Positions 31,752 through 40,797 of a stretch of DNA of 64,000 nt are shown piece by piece (position 1 is the first letter of the stretch; every line of letters starts with the position of its first letter). The stretch covers positions 9,190 through 73,189 of the forward strand of contig JAYNHH010000009.1 in assembly GCA_038107835.1 (NCBI GenBank), written 5' to 3'. Under the pieces are notes generated by a model. It saw nothing but the letters and a program-made list of their open reading frames with translations. It ran no database searches and was not told where the DNA came from. The DNA is from Alphaproteobacteria bacterium (GTDB lineage: Bacteria; Pseudomonadota; Alphaproteobacteria; Puniceispirillales; Puniceispirillaceae). The position numbers were made by a program, and so were the translations under genes.

Positions 31752-32037
31752 TTTTGGGCGACATCCTTGTTGCATCATGCCAACAGCCAGACCGGGGTCT
31801 TGCTGACAGGCTCTCACTATGTGCTGCGTATATAACCACAGCTCGGACAGAGCCGCCAGCATCATTGCGTTGCATCCCCGATGCCGCAGTTCCCGACATA
31901 AGCTGGCATTTGCTGCCATAAATTTGCTAGATTATCAGCAACACAGGACGATGATGTATTTGTCGGTTGCCTTATTGGGCCAACGTCCTGTCGCTGGCCC
32001 ATCATTTTGGAAATTACCAAAGGCAATTGCAGATACG

Positions 32038-32775
32038 ATGCTGAAAGCACTCATAAGGAAGCCTGTTGGCATGTTTGTTCTTAGCTGGCTGTTGGCGGCC
32101 ATTGTCGCGTTGACGATGGTGACCATTCGCTGGCGCACCTACAATCCTGAGGAACGGCAGGTCATTCTGGATGATCATGATGGGTTCATTCTGGTGTTCT
32201 GGCACTCACGCATCATTGCCATGCCGTGGCTGTGGCCACGTCGCCACGCAATGAATGCCCTGCAGTCACCGCATCCAGATGGCCGGCTTTTGGCCCACAC
32301 GGTCAATCATCTCGGTGTGCGCACCGTATGGGGGAGCAGCAACCGCAATGCGATGTCTGGATTGAGGGGATTGAAGCGGGTTCTTGATGCCGGTAAGGTA
32401 GCTGCGATAACACCTGACGGCCCGCGGGGGCCGGCGCGTGTCGCCGCGACTGGGCCAGTGGCACTTGCCAATTTGACAGGAAAACCGATCATTCCCGTTG
32501 CCTGGTCGGTCGACAGATTCTGGCGAGCACCTGGCTGGGACGGTATGCTCATACCGAAACCATTTTGCCGCGGTATCATGATTTGGGGCGAGGCGTTGTC
32601 GCCAGATGGCAAGACGTCTGGTAGCAGGAAAAATGGCGGCGAGCGTACCAGGGACAGAATGGAGAGCCAGCGCGAGGAGTTGGAGGTGGCACTCAATGAT
32701 GTCACTGATCGGGCTGATGGGTTTTTCACAGATGAGAAAAAGGCAGATGGCGGGAAGATCATGACAGATGCCTAG
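32038..32775 (+). CDS. DUF374 / lysophospholipid acyltransferase-like protein
   Basis: FWHSRIIAMPW...SPHPDGRLLA...ITPDGPRGPA pattern of the DUF374 family found upstream of waaA. Overlaps the waaA start by 8 nt. An alternative ATG is at 31951. Confidence 0.7.
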   Translation: MLKALIRKPVGMFVLSWLLAAIVALTMVTIRWRTYNPEERQVILDDHDGFILVFWHSRIIAMPWLWPRRHAMNALQSPHPDGRLLAHTVNHLGVRTVWGSSNRNAMSGLRGLKRVLDAGKVAAITPDGPRGPARVAATGPVALANLTGKPIIPVAWSVDRFWRAPGWDGMLIPKPFCRGIMIWGEALSPDGKTSGSRKNGGERTRDRMESQREELEVALNDVTDRADGFFTDEKKADGGKIMTDA

Positions 32776-34084
32776 GAAAGATGTTCAAGGGCCGGGCTCG
32801 ACTCTGCCCGCCTCATACAGTCTTACCTGGCGATTGGTGAAGCCATTTCTGGGCCTCATTCTCAGGCACCGCGCAAAGCAGGGCAAGGAAGACCCCGCAC
32901 GCCTTCTGGAAAGATTTGGCCTGTATCAAACATCCTTGCCGAAAGGGGCTATCTGGGTCCATGCCGTCAGCGTTGGCGAGGCAGTGGCCGGCCTGTCACT
33001 GATTGAGGCACTGGCAGCGCAACTTCCAAGTCAAACTTTCATAATCACCACCAACACCGTGACAGCCGCCAAATTAGTGAATGACTGGACAACAGGGGCA
33101 AATCTGACTCATCTTTACCAGCCATTGGATCACCCGGCCTATGTCGACAGGTTTCTTGATGCGAGCGCTCCAATGGCCGCCATTTTCATGGAATCTGATT
33201 TCTGGCCAAACCTGATTCACAAAACAGCAGAACGGGACATTCCGGTGATTTTCGCCTCCTCACAGATCTCGGATGCTGCTGCCGCACGCTGGCGCCGCCG
33301 CCCTGCCATCGCGGCCGCGGTTTTTGGAACAGCTGAACTTGTGTTAGCAGTCAATGACAAACAGGCGGGCAGGCTGTGCGACCTTGGTGCGCGCTCGGAT
33401 ATCGTTCATCGCGTGGGTTCGCTGAAGCTGACATCAGGAGGAATGAAAACCGACCCCAGCCTGATGGCCATGTTGAAACAGGCAGCCGGTGACCGGCGCA
33501 TTTTTCTGGCCGCCTCAACACATGAGGGTGAAGATCTGAGCGTCATAAGAGCTGCGCAGGCTCTGGGGAATGAATGGTTCACCCTGCTTGCCCCGCGGCA
33601 TCCCAAAAGAGGCGACACCATCGCAGCGCTTTGCCAGGACCAGATGCCTGGTGCCAAGGCACCAACACGCCGCGCCCTGGGTCAAACGCCAGCAACAGAA
33701 GAGGTGATTCATATCGTTGATACGCTTGGTGAGATGGGTAGTCTGTTTGCCATTGCCGATGTGGTATTTCTGGGTGGATCGCTCCTGCCGATCGGCGGAC
33801 ATAATCCGCTGGAGCCAGCCCAATTCGGTCTGCCGGTGATCTGCGGTCCGCATCTTGCCAAAAATCAGGCAGAATTTGATGCCATTCGGGAGATTGGCGG
33901 TGTTACTGATATCGCCAACGGTGATGAGCTTGCAGATGCCGTGAAAGCAGGCATTCTGACCGACAAAGAAAAACAAATCAGCGAAAGCGCGATGAAATCA
34001 TATGCCGAGAGGGCTGGTAAACGGCCCGCCATTGCCGCAGATTACATTCTCAAGCTGCTGCATGACCGGACACCGTCACAATGA
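32768..34084 (+). CDS. waaA: 3-deoxy-D-manno-octulosonic acid (Kdo) transferase
   Basis: 438 aa. IWVHAVSVGEA N-terminal motif and C-terminal FLGGSL.P.GGHNPLEPA. Confidence 0.9.
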   Translation: MPRKDVQGPGSTLPASYSLTWRLVKPFLGLILRHRAKQGKEDPARLLERFGLYQTSLPKGAIWVHAVSVGEAVAGLSLIEALAAQLPSQTFIITTNTVTAAKLVNDWTTGANLTHLYQPLDHPAYVDRFLDASAPMAAIFMESDFWPNLIHKTAERDIPVIFASSQISDAAAARWRRRPAIAAAVFGTAELVLAVNDKQAGRLCDLGARSDIVHRVGSLKLTSGGMKTDPSLMAMLKQAAGDRRIFLAASTHEGEDLSVIRAAQALGNEWFTLLAPRHPKRGDTIAALCQDQMPGAKAPTRRALGQTPATEEVIHIVDTLGEMGSLFAIADVVFLGGSLLPIGGHNPLEPAQFGLPVICGPHLAKNQAEFDAIREIGGVTDIANGDELADAVKAGILTDKEKQISESAMKSYAERAGKRPAIAADYILKLLHDRTPSQ

Positions 34085-35085
34085 TCAAGACACCATCATT
34101 CTGGAACAGCAGGGGTGTCATCTCGACGCTGCTTCTGCCCCTGTCAGGCCTGTGGAGCCTCGCCGGAACCGTTCGCAGATTTTTCGCACAGCAAAGCCGC
34201 GCCGAACTGCCAGTCATCTGTATCGGCAATCTTACGGTTGGCGGCACCGGAAAAACGCCGGTCGTGGCGTATCTCTATGATTGGTGTGTGGCAGCTGGCC
34301 ACGCCCCGGCGATCCTGTCGCGTGGCTATGGTGGCAGCGCTACAAAGCCTCTCTGGGTTGATCCGCAAATACATGAGGCATCCATCTGTGGTGATGAGCC
34401 ATTGATGCTGGCCGAGGGACGCGATGTGATGGTTTCACGCGACCGTGTGGCTGGTGCCACCGCCATTTCGGCGCGCGGCCTGCATGATCTGATCCTGATG
34501 GATGATGGATTGCAGAACCCCTTTCTCGAAAAAGATATCAAGATTGGTGTTTTCGATGGAGATGTGGGCATTGGCAATGGTCGGGTGATACCGGCAGGGC
34601 CATTGCGCGCATCGCTTGGAGAGGGTCTTGCTGAACTTGATTTGGCGCTGATCAATGGCGAGGATAAAACCGGTCTTGCACCAACAATCCTTCAGGGGTT
34701 GCCGCTAGTTCACGCAACACTGCAGCCAGATCGGGCGGTTATTGACGAACTTGGTGACGTCCCGTTGTTGGCTTTTGCCGGCATTGGGCGGCCAGAACGG
34801 TTCTTTGTCACTGTGCGGCAATCTGGTGGCAATCTTGTCCATTGGCTCGCCTTTGCAGACCATCACGCCTATTCACAGCATGATCTGACAAAATTGCAGG
34901 AGGATGCGGGCCGATTGGGGGCGCAGTTAATCACCACACAAAAAGACTGGGTTCGTCTGCCAACCGAATGGCGAGAGCGCATCAGATTTCTACCGGTAAC
35001 AGTTGAATTGGATGATGATAGCAGATTGACCGGGGCAGTCTCTGCGGCGATCTCCACACCGCCTCAGGTCGCGGATAATGGCTGA
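34081..35085 (+). CDS. lpxK: Tetraacyldisaccharide 4'-kinase
   Basis: PVICIGNLTVGGTGKTP P-loop and SRGYGG. Start overlaps the waaA stop. Confidence 0.9.
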   Translation: MIKTPSFWNSRGVISTLLLPLSGLWSLAGTVRRFFAQQSRAELPVICIGNLTVGGTGKTPVVAYLYDWCVAAGHAPAILSRGYGGSATKPLWVDPQIHEASICGDEPLMLAEGRDVMVSRDRVAGATAISARGLHDLILMDDGLQNPFLEKDIKIGVFDGDVGIGNGRVIPAGPLRASLGEGLAELDLALINGEDKTGLAPTILQGLPLVHATLQPDRAVIDELGDVPLLAFAGIGRPERFFVTVRQSGGNLVHWLAFADHHAYSQHDLTKLQEDAGRLGAQLITTQKDWVRLPTEWRERIRFLPVTVELDDDSRLTGAVSAAISTPPQVADNG

Positions 35086-35974
35086 TCCAACCGGTAAATT
35101 CATCCTGCGAAAGTTACGCCAGATTTTCATCTGGCCACTCGAGGCCGCGATCGTCTTTGTCATGTATTTTGCCGCCCGCCTGCTGCCAGTGTCGGCGGCA
35201 AGCTGGATCCTCGGTGCCTTTATGCGCCTCCTTGGGCCGCTGACGCCCTGGCATACAAGAGCAAGACGCAACTTGATAGCTGTAATGCCCGATCTGGACG
35301 ATGCAGGTCAGAACAATGTCTTGAGGGCAATGTGGTGGAACATCGGGCGGGTGATTGGAGAATATCCCCACATTGCCGCACTGACACGCAGGGGCCGTGT
35401 TGAATTTGTCGGGCGGGAGAATCTGCAGGGGCTTACATCCGGCGGCTTCCTGATTGGCGCGCATATCGGTAATTGGGAAATCGGTCCCTATGCAGCAATC
35501 ACCGCCGGCCAACCTGTTGCGGCCATTTACCGGCCACTTAACAATCCCCTGCTTGGTGGGCTTCTGGAACGTCGGCAGGCAACCTATGGTGGTGATATCT
35601 ATCGCAAGGGGCGTGAGGCCGCCCTTGGCATGGTCTCCGCACTGAAAAAGGGACAATTCATGTGCCTTCTGGTCGACCAGAAGCTGCGTGAGGGCATGGT
35701 GGTTCCCTTTTTTGGCCGGGATGCGACAACATCAATCAGCTACATCAAACTGGCGATCCGCAAGAAAGTGCCCGTGATGTACATGCATACCGAGCGGCTC
35801 GCAGGATGTAGATTTCGTGTCACCATTTCGCCGCCCATTCCTCTTCCCGACGTCGATGATGACGCCAGCATTCTAAAGCTGGCAACAGAAATCAATGGCA
35901 CATTGGAACAATGGATCAGACAACGGCCCGACCAATGGTTCTGGCCACATCGCCGTTGGGGTAAAGATATCTAA
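35078..35974 (+). CDS. lpxL: Lipid A biosynthesis acyltransferase (LpxL/HtrB family)
   Basis: 298 aa with an N-terminal TM helix, the GAHIGNWE (HX4E-type) motif and LVDQK. Last gene of the waaA-lpxK cluster. Confidence 0.75.
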   Translation: MADPTGKFILRKLRQIFIWPLEAAIVFVMYFAARLLPVSAASWILGAFMRLLGPLTPWHTRARRNLIAVMPDLDDAGQNNVLRAMWWNIGRVIGEYPHIAALTRRGRVEFVGRENLQGLTSGGFLIGAHIGNWEIGPYAAITAGQPVAAIYRPLNNPLLGGLLERRQATYGGDIYRKGREAALGMVSALKKGQFMCLLVDQKLREGMVVPFFGRDATTSISYIKLAIRKKVPVMYMHTERLAGCRFRVTISPPIPLPDVDDDASILKLATEINGTLEQWIRQRPDQWFWPHRRWGKDI

Positions 35975-35977
35975 CGG

Positions 35978-37456
35978 CTAGAACAGTCTGTCCTGACCAT
36001 CATCCACCTTTGATTTTCGGGCAGGGTTCTGCGCCCTTGTTGGTGGCGCTTTGCGCGGCGTGGGTTCTGCACCCCCCGGATCGAGCAGCGCCTGTCGGCT
36101 GGCATCGGCAAAGCGTACGGTTACCATGGCACCCTCTGCCGCCTCTGCAGCCCGTTTGACCGGTGTGCCGGACCCGTCTGTCACCAGTGCAAACCCCCGT
36201 TCGAGAACACGCTCAAAGGAATTGGCCTGCAGCAGCTTTTCAAGGGCATCAAGCGACTGGGCGCGTTTCGCGAGTTGATGGTCCATCAGCTGCGCCAGCC
36301 GCTCCCCCTGCCTCGCAACCTCTGCACCGACCTCGGCAAGTCGGCGTTCTGGTGGCCGCAGCCTGCCGGCAAGACCGGCAAGACGCAACTCGCAGCCAGT
36401 CAGTTTCGTGTCGAGCGCATTGTTCAATCCGGCGATGGCAAGATCGAGCGCCTGACCCCGTCGGTTTATCACTTCAGCCGGGTCTAGCAGCGCCCGCGCC
36501 GAGGATCGCAACAGCTCGCCCGCCATCTCGAGGCGGCGACTTACGGCACGTTGCAGCCGGGCCTGCCCCTCGTTTAATCTGGCCGCCAGTTCCACCTGAA
36601 CCGGAACCGCCAATTCCGCAGCCGCAGTTGGTGTGGGCGCACGCAGATCGGACGCATAATCTATCAGGGTAGTGTCAGTCTCATGACCAATCGCGGAAAT
36701 CACCGGAATGGTGCAATCGGCAACAGCCCGCACCACCGATTCCTCGTTGAATGCCCATAAATCCTCAAGTGATCCACCACCACGGGCAACAATCACAACA
36801 TCCGGGCGCGGCAATGCCCCATCTGCCGGCATCGCATCAAATCCACGGATGGCGGCAGCAATTTGGGGTGCCGCATTCTGGCCTTGGACCAGAGTACCCC
36901 AGACCAGCACATGCACGCCGAAACGATCATGCAGCCGGTGCAGGATGTCACGGATAACGGCTCCGGTTGGGCTCGTCACTACACCGATGACCGATGGCAT
37001 CTGCGGCAGGGGTTTCTTGCGGTCGTCGGCAAACAACCCTTCTGCGGCGAGCCGGCGGCGCCGTTCCTCCAGCTGTTTGAGCAGCGCGCCCTCACCTGCG
37101 AGTTCCATCTGACTGACAACAATCTGGTATTTCGACTGGCCGGGATAGATCGTCAGCTTGCCCGAACAGATCACCTCAAGACCCTCTTCGGGCTGAATGG
37201 CAAGATTGCCAGCCATCGTTTTCCAGCATACCGCCGCCAACGTCGAGCGTTCATCCTTCAATGTAAAATATAGATGGCCGGAGGGCGCGCGTGTCGGCCG
37301 TGAAATTTCAGCCCTTACACGCACATAGTCAAAGGCACCCTCAACCGTGGCCCTGAGGCGCGACGAAAGTTCGGAAATCGTGATGAAGGGCGCATTGCTC
37401 TGATCGCTCTGCGCCGACATGTTTTCATCAAAAGAAGCGGGTGTCTGGTCTTTCAT
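35978..37456 (-). CDS. xseA: Exodeoxyribonuclease VII large subunit
   Basis: 492 aa with an OB-fold N-terminus (VRVRAEISRPT..SGHLYFTLKD), VIVARGGGSLEDLW..NEE and a coiled-coil C-terminus. Confidence 0.9.
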   Translation of the reverse strand: MKDQTPASFDENMSAQSDQSNAPFITISELSSRLRATVEGAFDYVRVRAEISRPTRAPSGHLYFTLKDERSTLAAVCWKTMAGNLAIQPEEGLEVICSGKLTIYPGQSKYQIVVSQMELAGEGALLKQLEERRRRLAAEGLFADDRKKPLPQMPSVIGVVTSPTGAVIRDILHRLHDRFGVHVLVWGTLVQGQNAAPQIAAAIRGFDAMPADGALPRPDVVIVARGGGSLEDLWAFNEESVVRAVADCTIPVISAIGHETDTTLIDYASDLRAPTPTAAAELAVPVQVELAARLNEGQARLQRAVSRRLEMAGELLRSSARALLDPAEVINRRGQALDLAIAGLNNALDTKLTGCELRLAGLAGRLRPPERRLAEVGAEVARQGERLAQLMDHQLAKRAQSLDALEKLLQANSFERVLERGFALVTDGSGTPVKRAAEAAEGAMVTVRFADASRQALLDPGGAEPTPRKAPPTRAQNPARKSKVDDGQDRLF

Positions 37457-37529
37457 AATGGCACCATACTATGCCATATTGCGCCAGCTGCAATAACTTA
37501 GACACCAACATCCGGAACGGACGGGGATC

Positions 37530-38789
37530 ATGAAAATTCTTCTGGTAGGTAGCGGTGGGCGCGAGCATGCGCTTGCCTGGTCAATCTCGGCATCTGCACT
37601 TGTTGACGAGTTGGTGATCGCCCCCGGAAGCAATGCCATGACCGACTTTGGCAGATGCGTGCCGGTGGCTGCAGATGATGTCGAGGGGTTGACGGAACTG
37701 GCCATCAAGATGGCCGCCGATCTGGTTGTCATCGGACCTGAAGTAACGCTTGTCCTTGGCCTTGCCGACAGGCTGGCGGACAACAACATTGCCGCCTTTG
37801 GTCCATCCCGGATCGCGGCCCAGCTGGAGGGATCGAAGGCCTTTGCCCGCGAGGTCTGCCGGCGGCACAATATCCCACAGCCCGCCTTCGCTGTTGCCGA
37901 TAATGTAGGTGACGCCAAGCAACATATCGACGCCATGGGCGGGTTCTGTGTCGTCAAGGCCGACGGGCTTGCTGCGGGCAAGGGCGTCGTTGTTGCCGAC
38001 ACGGCTGAAGAAGCAAAGCAGGCGGCAACTGAAATGCTTGGCGGGCGATTTGGTGCCGCCAGCCAACAGGTGCTGATCGAGGAACGCATGACCGGACCCG
38101 AAGCCTCGCTTTTTGCGCTTGTCGACGGGGCCGATTGCCTGTTCATGGCCAGCGCACAGGACCATAAACGCGCCTTTGACCAGGATCAGGGTCCAAACAC
38201 CGGTGGCATGGGCGCGATTTCACCCGCACCCCTTCTCGATGACGCGTTACGTGACCAGGTCATGGCAGAAATTGTTGAGCCACTGGCGCGCGGCATGGCC
38301 GAAGAGGGAACGCCCTATCGCGGGGTGCTCTATGTCGGCCTGATGCTGACCGAGACAGGGCCAAAGGTCGTTGAGTTCAACTGCCGCTTTGGTGACCCGG
38401 AGGCACAGGTCATCCTGCCACGGCTGAAAACTGATCTGGTCACGGCGATTCTGGCCGTCATTGAGGGCGGGCTTGGACATTTCTCCATGCGCTGGGACGA
38501 GCGCAGCGCCGTGACGGTAGTCATGGCTGCCAAGGGTTATCCCGGTGCCTATTCCAAAGGCAGTGAGATTCGCGGCCTGACAGGGGCTGCCGGGCGCGAG
38601 GACACGCTGATTTTTCATGCGGGTACAATGATCACCACAGATGGCACTGTGCAGGCAAACGGAGGACGGGTGCTGGCTGTCACCGGCCTCGGGGCCGACG
38701 GCGCTTCAGCCCGCCAGACTGCCTATGACGCCATTGCCGATATTGACTGGCCTGATGGGTTTTTCCGGACAGATATCGCCAAAAGCTAG
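37530..38789 (+). CDS. purD: Phosphoribosylamine--glycine ligase
   Basis: MKILLVGSGGREHALAW start, ATP-grasp core and GPNTGGMGA. Confidence 0.95.
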   Translation: MKILLVGSGGREHALAWSISASALVDELVIAPGSNAMTDFGRCVPVAADDVEGLTELAIKMAADLVVIGPEVTLVLGLADRLADNNIAAFGPSRIAAQLEGSKAFAREVCRRHNIPQPAFAVADNVGDAKQHIDAMGGFCVVKADGLAAGKGVVVADTAEEAKQAATEMLGGRFGAASQQVLIEERMTGPEASLFALVDGADCLFMASAQDHKRAFDQDQGPNTGGMGAISPAPLLDDALRDQVMAEIVEPLARGMAEEGTPYRGVLYVGLMLTETGPKVVEFNCRFGDPEAQVILPRLKTDLVTAILAVIEGGLGHFSMRWDERSAVTVVMAAKGYPGAYSKGSEIRGLTGAAGREDTLIFHAGTMITTDGTVQANGGRVLAVTGLGADGASARQTAYDAIADIDWPDGFFRTDIAKS

Positions 38790-39247
38790 CGCCGATCCCG
38801 AAAAAAGGCACGCAGCAGGTCGGCGGCTGCAGCGGCCGACAGCCCACCATAGATTTCCGGTCGATGGTGGCAGCTTGGCTGATCAAAAAACCGAACGCCC
38901 GACTCCACCGCCCCAGCCTTTTCATCAAAGGCACCAAAATACACCCGTCGCAAACGTGCATGGGCAATCGCGCCTGCGCACATGGTGCATGGCTCCAGCG
39001 TCACCCAGAGATCACAATCATCAAGACGGGATGTTTCCCGCACCCGCATGGCCTCGCTAATGACCAGCATTTCCGCATGATGAAGAGCGTTATCATCGCG
39101 CTTCATCCGGTTTTCTGCCATGGCAATCACCTTGCCATCAGACGTGGTGACAGCTGCTGCGACCGGCACCTCACCAGCCTCCGCCGCCGCCTTTGCATGC
39201 GCCAGCAGAGTGAGCATCATTCCATCGGCTTTGATTGTCTGGTCCAT
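38786..39247 (-). CDS. tadA: tRNA adenosine(34) deaminase
   Basis: 153 aa with CDA zinc motifs HAEMLVISEA and PCTMCAGAI. Confidence 0.9.
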   Translation of the reverse strand: MDQTIKADGMMLTLLAHAKAAAEAGEVPVAAAVTTSDGKVIAMAENRMKRDDNALHHAEMLVISEAMRVRETSRLDDCDLWVTLEPCTMCAGAIAHARLRRVYFGAFDEKAGAVESGVRFFDQPSCHHRPEIYGGLSAAAAADLLRAFFRDRR

Positions 39248-39365
39248 TTTGCTGTTCCTGCCACCGCCACCATCGGTGGGTAAAGCTCCGTTTGATGCCT
39301 GTCTTACTTCTATAGACAGACGATTGGAATTTGCAAAGCCACGCGATTGCGATTACACCAGCGGC

Positions 39366-40280
39366 ATGACAAAGGATCAGAATTTTTCATTGGACAAATC
39401 AGCGCCCAGTGAACGTATCGCCAAACGCATCGCAAGGGCCGGACTCTGTTCGCGCCGCGAGGCTGAGGCACGGATTGCCGATGGCCGTGTCAGTGTCAAT
39501 GGCAAAACCATCACCAGCCCGGCCCTGAATGTGAGTTCGAGTGACAGGATCATCATCGACGGTAAACCGCTGCCAGCACGCGAACCCGCCAAGCTTTGGC
39601 GTTACTACAAGCCGCGCGGCCTTGTGGTGAGCGCACGCGACGAAAAGAACCGGGAAACCATTTTTGACAGGCTGCCATCGAATCTGCCTCGTCTGATCAG
39701 TGTCGGTCGATTGGACATGGACTCTGAGGGTCTGCTCCTGCTGACCAACGATGGTGATCTGGCCCGACATTTGGAATTGCCGGCGACAGGTTGGAGCCGC
39801 AAATACCGGGTCCGGGTTCAAGGGCAGGTTGACGAGGCCAGTCTTGGCCCACTTGCCAACGGCGTGACAATCGATGGTGTGCGGTATGGCAGTGTCCTCG
39901 CCACCCTCGACAGGCAAATGCCCAGCAATGCGTGGCTGACCATTGCCATACGCGAGGGCAAGAACCGTGAAGTCAGGCGGATCATGGAACATCTTGGCCA
40001 CAGGGTTGGACGCCTGATCCGCATATCCTACGGCCCGTTTCAACTTGGCGAGCTCACCGAAGGCGGCATTGAGCCAGTCAAATCACGGGTTCTGGCTGAC
40101 CAGTTGGGCATTACGGGCGGTGAGCCAGACAGCGCGAATGATGCCAAGCCAAAGCTGAGAGCCAAAGCAAAACCCAAAAGCCACCGGGGTGGCGCTGGCA
40201 GGCCAGCAGTAAAAAGAGGACAGAATGCGGATCATCGGGGGCCGACATCGCGGCGCAAAACTGGCGGACGTCGCCGGTAA
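39366..40280 (+). CDS. rluB: 23S rRNA pseudouridine synthase, RluB/RsuA family
   Basis: S4 domain ERIAKRIARAGLCSRREAE, catalytic VGRLDMDSEGLLLLTNDG and a basic K/R-rich tail. The ORF-track start 39120 overlaps tadA, so ATG 39366 is used. Confidence 0.85.
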   Translation: MTKDQNFSLDKSAPSERIAKRIARAGLCSRREAEARIADGRVSVNGKTITSPALNVSSSDRIIIDGKPLPAREPAKLWRYYKPRGLVVSARDEKNRETIFDRLPSNLPRLISVGRLDMDSEGLLLLTNDGDLARHLELPATGWSRKYRVRVQGQVDEASLGPLANGVTIDGVRYGSVLATLDRQMPSNAWLTIAIREGKNREVRRIMEHLGHRVGRLIRISYGPFQLGELTEGGIEPVKSRVLADQLGITGGEPDSANDAKPKLRAKAKPKSHRGGAGRPAVKRGQNADHRGPTSRRKTGGRRR

Positions 40281-40788
40281 CAAAACACGACCGACCGCTG
40301 ATCGTGTCCGCGAGTCGATCTTCAACATTCTTGCCGGAGGGCGGTACGGGACGCCCCTGGTCAATGGCATTGTGGTTGATCTGTTTGCCGGAACCGGGGC
40401 AATCGGCTTGGAAGCGCTGTCACGAGGCGCTGCCAGGGCCAATTTTGTTGAAAACGACCCTGCGGCATTGGCTATTGTGAGAGAGAATATTCACAAATTG
40501 CAGCGCATGGATGATTGCCAGGTCATCGCAGGCGATGCCACCCGGCTGGTAAACTGGCGGGGTAATCCTGCCAATCTCGTCTTTGCCGATGCCCCCTATG
40601 GTACAGGTGACGCGTTGCAGGCCGTTGCCAACCTAAACGCCATTGGCGCCCTGCTGCCAGAGAGCATTGCAGTGATCGAGACTGGCAGGCAGGAAGAGCT
40701 TGATCCAGACATCCTTGCCACGACCAGTCTCAAACGCATTGACAGCAGACATTATGGCAAGGCGGCGGTTCATTTTCTGACGAGCTGA
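40225..40788 (+). CDS. rsmD: 16S rRNA (guanine966-N2)-methyltransferase
   Basis: MRIIGGRHRGAKL, RPTADRVRESIFNIL, DLFAGTGAIGLEALSRGA and the DAPY-type motif (FADAPY). Confidence 0.88.
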   Translation: MRIIGGRHRGAKLADVAGNKTRPTADRVRESIFNILAGGRYGTPLVNGIVVDLFAGTGAIGLEALSRGAARANFVENDPAALAIVRENIHKLQRMDDCQVIAGDATRLVNWRGNPANLVFADAPYGTGDALQAVANLNAIGALLPESIAVIETGRQEELDPDILATTSLKRIDSRHYGKAAVHFLTS

Positions 40789-40797
40789 TAAGGGTTG

